64,000 bases of DNA from Chloroflexota bacterium. Its GTDB lineage: Bacteria; Chloroflexota; Dormibacteria; CF-121. The DNA is taken from contig VBDY01000120.1 in NCBI GenBank assembly GCA_005882775.1, positions 3,357 through 67,356 of the forward strand, in the 5' to 3' direction. How positions within the stretch are numbered: position 1 is the first letter of the stretch; each line of letters starts with the position of its first letter. Positions 8,695-17,655 of this stretch are shown piece by piece. The position numbers and the translations under genes are program-made. The notes beneath the pieces were generated by a model. That model was not told where the DNA came from. It saw only the letters and a program-made list of their open reading frames with translations, and made no database searches.

Positions 8695-9747
8695 CTATTG
8701 AAGCCCGTATTTCTTGAGAAGCTGGGCAAACTCGTCCGAAGTCTTCGCGTAGTGGTTGTGGCCCTGAGGATCTGAGACGTAGTAGAGGAAGTCCGTCTGA
8801 GCCGGCTGCAGCGCCGCATCGATGGCTTTCAAGCCGGGATTCGCGATCGGTCCGGGCGGAAGGCCGGTATGGAGATAGGTGTTGTACGGGGAGTTGATTT
8901 TGCGATCGTCGTAGGTGACGCTCGACTGCCAGACGCCCTTGGCGTAGAGGACGGTGGCATCGATCTGGAGGAGCATCCCGCGGGCCAGCCGGTTGTAGAT
9001 AACGCTGGCCACCTTCGGCCGATCGTCATCGAATCTCGCCTCCCGCTCGATCATGGAGGCTATGGTCACGATCTGGAGCGCGTTAAGCCCCCGCTGGGCC
9101 GCCTGGGCTTTGCGCGCCGCCGTCCAGTTCTTTGCGAACTCGTCGAGCTGAAGCTGGATCAGCTGTTTTGCGGTCGCGTTGCGCGGTACCAGGTAAGTAT
9201 CCGGGAAGAGAAATCCCTCCAGGCTCAGGCCGGCCGGAAGATCCTTGAGAAAGTCGTACTTGTATCCGGCCGGTACGGCGGCCGCGATATAGTCGGCCCC
9301 CTTGATCAGGCCTCCCTTGTCCAGTGCGGCCGCGGTCTTCTTGATGGTGTAGCCCTCCGGGATGGTCACGAACAGTTCCTCGGGGCGGGCGGTCTGGAGC
9401 GCCATCAGGATCTGTTCCATGTTCAGGTTGCGGGCCAGCTCGTAGGCGCCGGCCTCCACCCCACGGTCGAGGTGGCGGTACCGCGCGTACAGATCGAAGA
9501 CGAGGGTGGAATCGATCAGCCCGGCGCGATGAAGGGTATCGGCAACCTCGTGGAGAGAAGAGCCCGGCGCCACGACAAAGCGCACCTTACCGCCGCCGGG
9601 ATTGGCCGGCTGATGCAGCTGGTGGTCGACCCAGGTGTAGGCGAGCACCCCCGGGATTCCGACCAGGGCGGGCAACAGGAAAATCAGGACCAGAAAACCC
9701 TTCAACCACCCACCACGGCGGCCGGGCCGTGGGGCTCCCCGGCTCAT
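8695..9747 (-). CDS. mltG: Endolytic transglycosylase MltG (YceG family)
   Basis: N-terminal TM helix, TIPEG, LEGFLFPDTY, IASMIERE and SPYNTY...GLPPGPIANPG. ATG at 9747. Confidence 0.95.
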   Translation of the reverse strand: MSRGAPRPGRRGGWLKGFLVLIFLLPALVGIPGVLAYTWVDHQLHQPANPGGGKVRFVVAPGSSLHEVADTLHRAGLIDSTLVFDLYARYRHLDRGVEAGAYELARNLNMEQILMALQTARPEELFVTIPEGYTIKKTAAALDKGGLIKGADYIAAAVPAGYKYDFLKDLPAGLSLEGFLFPDTYLVPRNATAKQLIQLQLDEFAKNWTAARKAQAAQRGLNALQIVTIASMIEREARFDDDRPKVASVIYNRLARGMLLQIDATVLYAKGVWQSSVTYDDRKINSPYNTYLHTGLPPGPIANPGLKAIDAALQPAQTDFLYYVSDPQGHNHYAKTSDEFAQLLKKYGLQ

Positions 9748-9763
9748 AGGTTCCTGGAAGCGT

Positions 9764-10048
9764 TCAGTCCTCGGCTTCGCCGTCTTCTTCGACCTCGTCG
9801 TCCTCCTCGAACTCTTCGAGTTGCTCGACAACCCGGTCGTGCTCCTCGTCGTCGAGGGTGACAAGCGCCTCACCGTCCCGGCGCAGGATCAGGACCCGGT
9901 CGGTGTCGGCCTCGGCCTGGAGGACGTAGTAGGTCTCCCCTTCGATCTCGACCACATCATGGACGAGGTAGCTTTCCCCCTCGCCGGTCTTTTCGTTGAC
10001 CAGCTCGATCGTCTGCACCTCGCCGTCCGGTTCCGGCACTTCTGGCAT
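9764..10048 (-). CDS. Small acidic DUF1292 (YrzB-like) protein
   Basis: IELVNE..GE...Y.V.DVVEIEGETYYVL, acidic tail, GGAGG RBS; usual ruvX-DUF1292-mltG position. Confidence 0.8.
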   Translation of the reverse strand: MPEVPEPDGEVQTIELVNEKTGEGESYLVHDVVEIEGETYYVLQAEADTDRVLILRRDGEALVTLDDEEHDRVVEQLEEFEEDDEVEEDGEAED

Positions 10049-10049
10049 C

Positions 10050-10478
10050 TCAGCCTCCCGAGGTTCGTTGCGCCTGGTAATCCAGGTAACCCTGCAACAA
10101 TAGCGTGGCCGCCATCCGATCGACATCGCCGCGGCGTTTATGCCGGCGCTTTCCCTGCGCGATCAGGTAGCGTTCCGCGGCGACTGTGGTCAAGCGCTCG
10201 TCCCAGTACTCGACCGGCCTTTCCAGCGCTTTCTCGACATCGGCGCCGAACGCCTGCGCCGCTCTGGCCGCCGTGTCAAGGGTACCATCCATCAAACGCG
10301 GAAGCCCGATCAGGACCCGTTCCACATGGTGCTCCTCGACAATCCGGCGAAGCGCCTCCAGGTCTTCACGGGGAGACCTGCGGGTGAGCACGCTGAGCGG
10401 CAGGGCGATCACGCCGGACGGGTCACTGAGGGCGAGCCCGAGCCGTACCGTGCCCGGGTCGATCGCCAGCACTCTCAC
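10050..10478 (-). CDS. ruvX: RuvX/YqgF pre-16S rRNA nuclease (Holliday junction resolvase-like)
   Basis: LAIDPGTVRLGLALSD, IGLP, WDERLTT and VDRMAA..LLQ.YLD. Confidence 0.95.
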   Translation of the reverse strand: MRVLAIDPGTVRLGLALSDPSGVIALPLSVLTRRSPREDLEALRRIVEEHHVERVLIGLPRLMDGTLDTAARAAQAFGADVEKALERPVEYWDERLTTVAAERYLIAQGKRRHKRRGDVDRMAATLLLQGYLDYQAQRTSGG

Positions 10479-12070
10479 GAACCGGCGGTGCCCGTTACCT
10501 CCTGGATCTGGACGTCGATGCGCGAGGTGAAGAAGGGAAGCCAGGGGAGGCCGAAGGGCTTCTGATGGATGACCACCTTGTCCACCTTGACGTCCTGCAG
10601 GCCGTAGAGCCGCGCCGAGGCGCTCGAGGGAGTCCGGCCTTTGATGTAGGCGCGCAACCCCGGGATGGAGAGCTCCCGCACCTGATATCCCTTGGGGTGA
10701 GCGCTGACGGTGATGGTGCCGTCGGCAGCGGCATTGCTGACGTCGTAGGAGGTATCGGGGTTACTGGTCAGCTGGTAGCCAGGACGCAGTTTCAGCTTGA
10801 GAGCGTTGAGGATCTTCTGACGAACCAGGTGGTCGTCGAAGGCGACCGCGGCCTGCGTGTAGGTGACGGTCAACGTGAAGTTCTGGGCCTCGTCGCCAAT
10901 CTTGTTTGTGCTCTTCCAGCTGGAGGTCGGAGCATCGGTCACCGGCGCCAGGTGAAGGCCGTTGGCCTTGGTGCTGATATCTTGCGTGACTTTGGGGGCA
11001 AGCACGTCGCCAGCTGCTTTCACGGCCGAGTCGATGTCCGATTTCTGGATTACCGTCGCCGTCCTGGCGTCGGCGCCACCTCCGAGAGCCTGCCCGTTAT
11101 TGACCTTGAGATTCGGATCGTTATTTCCCTCGATGGTATCGATCGTGTTCGCGTCGGTATTCCCATCGGCACCGCCATTGACGGCGACCACGGCCACGGT
11201 GGCAGACCCGGCTGGTCCGTCGACGCTTGTGGCTTTCTGGGTTGCATAGCGCTTGCCGCTGCTGCTCGCCTTCACAACCAAGCCCTTGGGAAGGTCTGCG
11301 CTGAAAAAAAAGGAGCTATTCGTGAACGTGACCTGACCCGAAGCGGGCTTTGCTGCCACAGCTTTTTGGCCGGTCGCCGTGTCCTGGACGTCCTGCGACT
11401 CGCTGGCGGTGATTGCCTGGGTTGGGAAGCTATCCGTCGCGCCTGACTGCGCACCCGGCGCTCCCTTGAGACTCACGTCGGTGGTGATCGAGGTTCCCTC
11501 GACCGCCACCACGACACTGGCCGTGGGCAGGTAGAGCACGCCCGCGATCAGGGCGAAGAAGGCCACCACCGCGGCGGCAATGTAGTAGGGCTTCCAATTC
11601 CGGGGCGGCCTCTCGGCTGTCAGCAGGGTCGCCGGGAGAGGGCTCTTGCGCCTGGGTGGCGCCGACACGACGGCCGCTTCCCTGGCGGTCGTGGGTGTCA
11701 GGGCCGGAGCCGCGGTTGCCGGGGGCAAGGCAGGCGGACGGACCGGTGCGACGGGCTCTTCGAGGCTGGTGCCCGGCCGGTGGACCTCAGCCCCCACGTC
11801 GTAGGCGGCAAGGTTCGGAAAAGCCGAGAAGCCGGCCTCGAGGGAAAGCGCCTGCAGCCGGGGCTCACCGCTGATCACGTTGACGTGCTTGCCGTAGCTG
11901 TCGGCATACCGCTTGAGCAGCCTGAAGCTCATCGGGCTCTGGAGCGAGCGGGCCCGCTCCGGCACCACGAAGGTGACGGCATCTTCCGAGCTCAGGTCGC
12001 GGAGGCGATCGACGAGATCGGTGATCTCCTCGTCGGCCTCGACGTAGAGCAGCTTTGCCAGTGTCTTCAT
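10475..12070 (-). CDS. Single-pass membrane protein: cytoplasmic N-terminal domain, Pro-rich linker, TM helix and baseplate-J/gp47-like ectodomain
   Basis: N-terminal LYVEADEEITDLVDRL...VVPERA..LQSPMSFRLLKR; TM helix YYIAAAVVAFFALIAGVLYL; baseplate-J-like motifs GQVTFTN, LPKG, VAVVAVNGGADGNTDANTI and VNNGQALGGGAD. Alternative TTG start at 12103. Confidence 0.75.
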   Translation of the reverse strand: MKTLAKLLYVEADEEITDLVDRLRDLSSEDAVTFVVPERARSLQSPMSFRLLKRYADSYGKHVNVISGEPRLQALSLEAGFSAFPNLAAYDVGAEVHRPGTSLEEPVAPVRPPALPPATAAPALTPTTAREAAVVSAPPRRKSPLPATLLTAERPPRNWKPYYIAAAVVAFFALIAGVLYLPTASVVVAVEGTSITTDVSLKGAPGAQSGATDSFPTQAITASESQDVQDTATGQKAVAAKPASGQVTFTNSSFFFSADLPKGLVVKASSSGKRYATQKATSVDGPAGSATVAVVAVNGGADGNTDANTIDTIEGNNDPNLKVNNGQALGGGADARTATVIQKSDIDSAVKAAGDVLAPKVTQDISTKANGLHLAPVTDAPTSSWKSTNKIGDEAQNFTLTVTYTQAAVAFDDHLVRQKILNALKLKLRPGYQLTSNPDTSYDVSNAAADGTITVSAHPKGYQVRELSIPGLRAYIKGRTPSSASARLYGLQDVKVDKVVIHQKPFGLPWLPFFTSRIDVQIQEVTGTAGS

Positions 12071-12140
12071 CTTGGTAACGGTTCGCGCTCTTTCATACCC
12101 CAAACGCCACTCGGTGTCGAGACGTTACGGTGTCAGGTTT

Positions 12141-13415
12141 TCAGACCTTCATGGCTTTCAGTGCCTTCCGCATCAGGCCAAACAGGGGCCCGTCCGCTCC
12201 TCCCTCTTGCTGGATCGCGTGGAAGGCCAGCCCCATCGGCGTGATGTCCTGCTGGTCGAGCAGGAGCCCGGTTGAATCATAGATGCCCCGGACGTCGACC
12301 GGTCGAAGGACGGTGATGGTCGGAGTCCGGGCAAAGGGCAGCTTTTCCCCCCAGGGAAACGCTTCCAGCTGCTCGCGGACCTCTGGCAGGGCGCTGCCCC
12401 CTCCCGCCAGGTAGAGGGCCGTCGGCAGCCGATCACCCCGGGCCAGCTCGGAGAGGGTGATGGCAATCCCTTCCACCAGGACCTCGGCGTCCCGGCTGAC
12501 CACGGTGTGCACCTTCTCCGCCTGTGCCGCGGGCAGTTCGTTGCGCGAGTGGCGGACCTTGACCGCCTCGGCGTCCGCGAACGAGATACCGAATCGGGCC
12601 GCCAGCTTCTTGGTGAAAACGCGACCTCCGATCGGAAACATTCGTGTCCCTTCGATCCCGCCGTTGCGCACCAGGGCCACGTCCGTGGTCCCACCTCCGA
12701 TGTCGACGAAGATGCCGCCGAAGTCCAGTACCTCGTCGGTGGCGGCACACCGTGCCATCGCATAGGGCTCGGCGACGGTTGCCACCAGCTCCAGGTCGAG
12801 CTCGGAAGCGATCGTCTGCAGGGCGCCCACATGGGTCAGCGGCGCGAAGGTGTTGAAGACCGTGATCACCATCTGCTTTCCCTGGAACTCGAGCGGGTTC
12901 TGCACGGGGAACCCGTCGATCCGGACGCTGGTGATGGCCGAGTTGATCAGCTTGACGTCCACGTCGGGAACGCCCAGCTCCTCGCTCATCAGGTGGCGAG
13001 CTTCGCGAAGGGCCCGCTTCTCGACCAGCTGGATGGTCTGAAGGAGCTCAACCTCGTTGATCTTCAGGTTGGGGTCCGCCCGGGGCACGGTTACGGCGGT
13101 GCTGAATCCCTTGACCTGCTCGCCGGCGATCCCGATCACGGCCTGGCCGGGAATGATGTTGCACATGTCCTCGGCCTGGGACATGGCCCGGTCGCAGCTC
13201 TCGATGATTCCCTGGATGTCGGATGGGACCCCGGCCTGCATGTCCGTGAATGCCTGTCGCTGGCGTGAAGCCCCGAGCACCACCCCGTTGCGTCCTTCCC
13301 GCTTCACCACCAGGGCCTTGATGTATTCGGTACCTATGTCCAGGGCGGTGAACAGGTTCTGGTAGTCGGCACCCCGGCGCAGCCGTTTCAACCGGTCCTT
13401 GAGCTTGATCGGCAT
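12141..13415 (-). CDS. FtsA-like actin-fold ATPase (orphan, outside the dcw cluster)
   Basis: Phosphate-1 ALDIGTEYIK, phosphate-2 VDIGGGTTDVA, adenosine LAGGGSALP; C-terminal amphipathic PLFGLMRKALKAMKV. Confidence 0.85.
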   Translation of the reverse strand: MPIKLKDRLKRLRRGADYQNLFTALDIGTEYIKALVVKREGRNGVVLGASRQRQAFTDMQAGVPSDIQGIIESCDRAMSQAEDMCNIIPGQAVIGIAGEQVKGFSTAVTVPRADPNLKINEVELLQTIQLVEKRALREARHLMSEELGVPDVDVKLINSAITSVRIDGFPVQNPLEFQGKQMVITVFNTFAPLTHVGALQTIASELDLELVATVAEPYAMARCAATDEVLDFGGIFVDIGGGTTDVALVRNGGIEGTRMFPIGGRVFTKKLAARFGISFADAEAVKVRHSRNELPAAQAEKVHTVVSRDAEVLVEGIAITLSELARGDRLPTALYLAGGGSALPEVREQLEAFPWGEKLPFARTPTITVLRPVDVRGIYDSTGLLLDQQDITPMGLAFHAIQQEGGADGPLFGLMRKALKAMKV

Positions 13416-15967
13416 CAGCTGGACTCCTTGAGGCGCTCGCCGATCCAGGCCTGGACGGCCTGGAAGGCCTCGGGCACCCGCGCCGGGTCGATGCCTCCTC
13501 CCTCCCCGACCGGTCCCCGCCCGCCGCCTTTTCCGCCGGCCACGGCGGTGAATGCGCGGACCACGCCGGCGGCCTCGAGCCGGGTCGCCAGCGAGGGAGC
13601 GACCTTTACGGCGAGCCGCCGCCCGCCAACCACCACGGCGACCCCGGGACCGTCCGGGCGGTTGAGGGCGTGATCGGCGTAGACGAGAAGATCCTTCTCT
13701 TCCGCGTCGACCCGCTGCAGGGCGATCGCGACACCGTCGACGTGCGCCATCTCGGCTGCCGGCGACCCGGCGCCGCTCGCCAGGCGCTGACGGAGCTGCG
13801 CCACCTCTCGCTGAAGCCGCTTGACATCAGACTGGAGGGCCTCGAGCCTGGCCGGGAGCTCGGCCACGGACACTTTGAGGGACTCGGACAGCCGGGATAG
13901 GGTTGCCTCGTAAAGACGCACCCGTTCCTCCGCGGCCAGACCGGCTCTGAGCTCTATCCGGCGGATCCCGGCGCCGATGCTGCGGTCGGACCCGATCAGC
14001 GCCAGCCCGACCTGGCCGGACCGCTCCAGGTGAGTTCCGCCACAGAGCTCCCGGGCCCAGTCCCCAAAGGAGACCACCCGGACTCTGTCGCCGTACTTCT
14101 CGTCGAAGAGGGCCACCGCCCCGCTGGACATCGCCTGGTCGAGTGAGAGCTCCTCAACCCGCCGCTCCAGGTCGGCCCGGATCCTCGCGTTGAGCAGAGT
14201 GGAAACCCGCTGGATCTCCTCGGCGGTGAGTGCCCGGGGAAAGCGAAAGTCGAAGGTCGCGTACTCCGGGGTCACCAGCGAACCTGCCTGCTTGGCCTCC
14301 TCGCCGAGCACCTCACGGAGCGCCTTGTGGAGGAGGTGGGTGGCCGAGTGGTGGGTGGCCAGACCGCCACGCCGGTCGCGGTCGACCACCGCATGTACGC
14401 GCTGCCCCTGGGTCAGCCGTTTTGGCTCGACTTCGACCCGGTGAGCCGAGGCCTCGGCCTGCGGCTGGACGTCCAGGACGCGAGCCCGCTGCCCATCCCA
14501 TTCGAGCCAGCCCTGGTCCGCCTGCTGACCACCTCGCTCCGCGTAAAAAGGGGTGTCATCCAGGAAGACGTAGGCCTCGCCTGCTTCACCCTCGACCGGG
14601 AAGACCTCCAGGACCGTGCTCTGGGTTTCGAGCCTGTCGTAGCCGACGAATTGGGTCGCCTGGCGTGCCATCGGAATGGCGAAGGTGCTCGCGGCCCGGC
14701 TCTTGTCGCGCTGGGCCTGCATCAGGGCAGTCACCGCGCTCGTGTCCAGGCTCACGCCGCGCTCCTGGGCCAGCTCGGCGGTCAGCTCCATCGGGAAACC
14801 CATCGTGTCGTGCAGGTAGAACGCGTCCCCCGGGCTCAAGGTTCCGCGATCGAGGAGTGCGGTGACCCTCTCCAGGCCGGTCCGGAGTGCGGTAGCGAAG
14901 CGGTTTTCCTCGGCCTGGAGGACCTCGCTGATCTGTCCGACCTGGGCGTGCACCTCCGGGTAGACCCCGCCCAGAATCTCGGCCACCAGGGGCACGGCAG
15001 AGGAAAGACCCTGGTCGGTGCCGAGCCTGCGGGCGTGGACCATCGCCCTGCGAATCAGCCGTCGCAGGACGTAGCCACGACCGTCGTTCGACGGAACCAC
15101 CCCGTCGGCCAGCAGCAGCGTGCTCGCGCGGCCATGATCGGCCAGCACCCGCAGGGAGACGTCGCGCTCGGGCCGTTCTCCATAGGCCTTGCCGCTCGCC
15201 TCCTCCCAGTGCCCGATCAGCGGCCGCAGAAGGTCTGTATCGAAAACTGACCGATGTTTGGTGAGCACGGAGGTCAGGCGCTCGAGCCCCATTCCCGTGT
15301 CGATACCCTTGCGCTGAAGAGGAGTCCGTTTCCCGCTCTCGTCACGGTCCCATTCCATGAAGACCAGGTTCCACATCTCGAGAAAACGGTCGCAATGCTC
15401 GCAGTTCGGACCACAGTCGGACCGGCCGCAGCCATACTCGATCCCCCAGTCGTAGTGGATCTCAGAGTCGTACCCGCAGGGGCCGGTGGGACCGGCCGCC
15501 CAGAAGTTGTAATCGTCGCCGAACCGCCGGATCCGCTCGGCGGGCAGGTCGGTCCCGGTGGTCCAGATCTCGAAACTGACGTCGTCCTGGTTGTGGATGC
15601 CGGCCCAGAGCCGGTCCTTGGGGAGCCCAAACACGTCCGTCATCAGCTCCCATGCGTAGGGAATCGCCTTCTCTTTGAAGTAGTCACCAAACGAGAAGTT
15701 GCCGAGCATCTCCAGAAAGGTGAGATGGTGACCGTCGTGTCCGACCACTTCGATGTCGACCGTGCGAAAGCATTTCTGGACCGTGGCCACACGCGGGTGT
15801 GGCGGCTTTACCTGGCCAAGAAAATACGGCTTGAAGGGGACCATCCCGGCGCTCGTGAACAGCAGGGTGGGGTCACCGAACGGGATCAGGGAGGAGCTCG
15901 GCAGCACCTTGTGGTCCCGCTCTGCGAAATAGTTGAGAAAACGTTGGCGGATCTCGGCGCTATTCAT
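13415..15967 (-). CDS. alaS: Alanine--tRNA ligase
   Basis: LLFTSAGMVPFK, HLTFLEMLGNFSFGDYFK, DTGMGLERL, HSATHLLH and ELCGGTH. Confidence 0.98.
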   Translation of the reverse strand: MNSAEIRQRFLNYFAERDHKVLPSSSLIPFGDPTLLFTSAGMVPFKPYFLGQVKPPHPRVATVQKCFRTVDIEVVGHDGHHLTFLEMLGNFSFGDYFKEKAIPYAWELMTDVFGLPKDRLWAGIHNQDDVSFEIWTTGTDLPAERIRRFGDDYNFWAAGPTGPCGYDSEIHYDWGIEYGCGRSDCGPNCEHCDRFLEMWNLVFMEWDRDESGKRTPLQRKGIDTGMGLERLTSVLTKHRSVFDTDLLRPLIGHWEEASGKAYGERPERDVSLRVLADHGRASTLLLADGVVPSNDGRGYVLRRLIRRAMVHARRLGTDQGLSSAVPLVAEILGGVYPEVHAQVGQISEVLQAEENRFATALRTGLERVTALLDRGTLSPGDAFYLHDTMGFPMELTAELAQERGVSLDTSAVTALMQAQRDKSRAASTFAIPMARQATQFVGYDRLETQSTVLEVFPVEGEAGEAYVFLDDTPFYAERGGQQADQGWLEWDGQRARVLDVQPQAEASAHRVEVEPKRLTQGQRVHAVVDRDRRGGLATHHSATHLLHKALREVLGEEAKQAGSLVTPEYATFDFRFPRALTAEEIQRVSTLLNARIRADLERRVEELSLDQAMSSGAVALFDEKYGDRVRVVSFGDWARELCGGTHLERSGQVGLALIGSDRSIGAGIRRIELRAGLAAEERVRLYEATLSRLSESLKVSVAELPARLEALQSDVKRLQREVAQLRQRLASGAGSPAAEMAHVDGVAIALQRVDAEEKDLLVYADHALNRPDGPGVAVVVGGRRLAVKVAPSLATRLEAAGVVRAFTAVAGGKGGGRGPVGEGGGIDPARVPEAFQAVQAWIGERLKESS

Positions 15968-16008
15968 GCTGGGCGCCTGCGGGCGCGTTTCCTGAATTGT
16001 AATCGAGT

Positions 16009-16734
16009 TCAGGAGACGGGCAACTCGCGTTTGAGGTGCTCGACCGCAGCCCGCTGCAGGCGCGATACGTGCATCTGCGAGATCCCCAGCCGCTTGGCCA
16101 CCTCGGCCTGAGGCAGCTCGTCGACGAAGCGCAGGTACATGATCCGGCGCTCGCGCGGGGTAAGATGGCGCATCGCCTGGTCGAGCAGGTCCTGTAGCTC
16201 GATCTTGTCCAGGTTCTCGTCCTCACGTCCCAGCCGCTCCGTGAGCTGCAGCCCGTCCTCTTCCTTGGCGGGGCCGGTTGATTCGAACGAGATTGTGTGC
16301 TGCGCCGGGCTCGCCTCCATGGCAGCCAGCACGTCCTCCGGCTCCAGCTCCAACTCCTTGGCGATCTCGTTCACCGACGGCTGACGCCCGAGGCGTGCCT
16401 GGAGACGTTGCTGGGCGAGGTCGGCTCGCTGCATGGTTTCCTGCAGCCGGCGAGGCACCTTGACGGCCCAGCTCTTGTCGCGAAAGTAACGTTTGATCTC
16501 ACCCACGATGGTGGGGGTGGCGAAGGTGGAGAATTCGAGTCCGCGCTGCGGCTCGAACCGCTCGATCGCCTGGAGCAGGCCGATATAACCGACCTGGACG
16601 ATGTCCTCCAGCGGCTCTCCCCGGTTGGCGAACTTCTTGGCGAGAAAGACCACAAGATTGTTGAAGAGCTCCACCAGCTGCTGGCGGACCTGTGGATCCT
16701 TGGTCTTCTGGTACTTGAGAAAGAGCCGGCGCAC
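16009..16734 (-). CDS. SigB/SigF/SigG-family alternative sigma factor
   Basis: EDIVQVGYIGLLQAIERF, FSTFATPTIVGEIKRYFRDKSWAVKVPRRL and GISQMHVSRLQR. The frame is also open back to a GTA at 16785 that overlaps the upstream stop. Confidence 0.95.
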   Translation of the reverse strand: MRRLFLKYQKTKDPQVRQQLVELFNNLVVFLAKKFANRGEPLEDIVQVGYIGLLQAIERFEPQRGLEFSTFATPTIVGEIKRYFRDKSWAVKVPRRLQETMQRADLAQQRLQARLGRQPSVNEIAKELELEPEDVLAAMEASPAQHTISFESTGPAKEEDGLQLTERLGREDENLDKIELQDLLDQAMRHLTPRERRIMYLRFVDELPQAEVAKRLGISQMHVSRLQRAAVEHLKRELPVS

Positions 16735-16781
16735 GACGTCGCGGTTGGGTCGGACGGTGGAATGCGTCGAAGACCCGCGCT

Positions 16782-17258
16782 CTACTCGATCAGGTATTTG
16801 ACCATCCTCATCCGCATGCTGCCCGTCTGGTTATCCACTTGATAGCGCAGCTCGTCGACGAACAGCCGGATCATATTCAATCCGATGGTGTCATAGTCGT
16901 ACTCGGTCTGGCGGCGCGCCCGCCGGACAGTCTGCTGCTCGAGGTCCCGGGGAGGGATGCTCCGCACCTCCACCTCCAAACGGCGAGGCTGGCCTTTGAA
17001 AAGCAGCTTCAGCTGGCCGTTCCCATTGCCCCACTGCTCGGTCGCGGTGTGGCATGCGTTCTCGCACGCCTGGGTGATAGCGATATTGAGGTCATCGATC
17101 TCGTGTAGAGAGAACCCGACCACCAGGCCCAGGGAGGCCGCGGTCCGCTTGGCCACCAGGATGTACTCCGGGATGGCGGGAATCTTCAGCTCGGTGATGT
17201 AGGCGCCCGCCACCGGATGCGAGGAGGTCGCGCCGGCAGGACGGCGGCTCTCTTTCAT
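16782..17258 (-). CDS. RsbW/SpoIIAB-like anti-sigma factor with degenerate ATP-binding boxes
   Basis: LKIPAIPEYILVAKR..A.L....GFS..EIDDL..AITQACENA and GLNMIRLFVDE; strong AAGGAGG RBS; sits directly upstream of the sigma gene. Confidence 0.85.
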   Translation of the reverse strand: MKESRRPAGATSSHPVAGAYITELKIPAIPEYILVAKRTAASLGLVVGFSLHEIDDLNIAITQACENACHTATEQWGNGNGQLKLLFKGQPRRLEVEVRSIPPRDLEQQTVRRARRQTEYDYDTIGLNMIRLFVDELRYQVDNQTGSMRMRMVKYLIE

Positions 17259-17602
17259 GACTGTTCCTCCTTTCGACCAGCACGCGCCCGCCGGCCCCAG
17301 GACGAGAGCCCGTCCAGGCGATCCCGAACGCGGTCGCGCCAGCCGGTGATGGTGGCTCCGGTGGCCGTCATGGCTCGATCGGCTGCTGTGAACTTGTCGT
17401 TGACGCTGGTCACCATGTCATCGATCTGCTCGAGACTGTGGCGGACCTCCGGCAGCGCTCGCCTGGCCTCCTCCAGGGCGACGTCGAGGATGGCCTCGAT
17501 GGTGCGCAGGCTGCGGGTGAGGTTGATGAGGATGAAGCAGAGGAAGAGGCTGAGAAGAAGGAAGCCGATTCCGACCAGCAGGACTCCCCATTGCCAGAGC
17601 GT
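17255..17602 (-). CDS. Hidden membrane-anchored coiled-coil protein (DUF948/YoxC-like), ACG start; absent from the ORF track
   Basis: AGGAAGGTGA, then 6 nt, then ACG. 115 aa: (M)LWQWGVLLVGIGFLLLSLFLCFILINLTRSLRTIEAILDVALEEARRALPEVRHSLEQIDDMVTSVNDKF... The stop overlaps the anti-sigma ATG (ATGA). Confidence 0.75.
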   Translation of the reverse strand, partial: TLWQWGVLLVGIGFLLLSLFLCFILINLTRSLRTIEAILDVALEEARRALPEVRHSLEQIDDMVTSVNDKFTAADRAMTATGATITGWRDRVRDRLDGLSSWGRRARAGRKEEQS

Positions 17603-17655
17603 TGTCTATCACCTTCCTGGGTGCCGCCAGATTCCCCGCGCTTGGAGTGAGCCGG

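Noticed and set aside
10475-12070. Prophage or contractile injection system suggested by the baseplate-J-like domain
   Set aside because: No sheath, tube, spike, terminase or integrase genes; the protein is membrane-anchored and coupled to core genes; composition matches the host.
12090-12135. GGGTAT (SigF-like -10) or ECF-like CGTAAC promoter before the baseplate-J-like gene
   Set aside because: No convincing matching -35 at the right distance; the hexamers alone are not sufficient evidence.
15990-16014. 7-bp inverted repeat TCCTGAA/TTCAGGA around a TACAAT box upstream of alaS
   Set aside because: Short arms, partly within the sigma gene's last codons; could be chance. No T-box leader is present.
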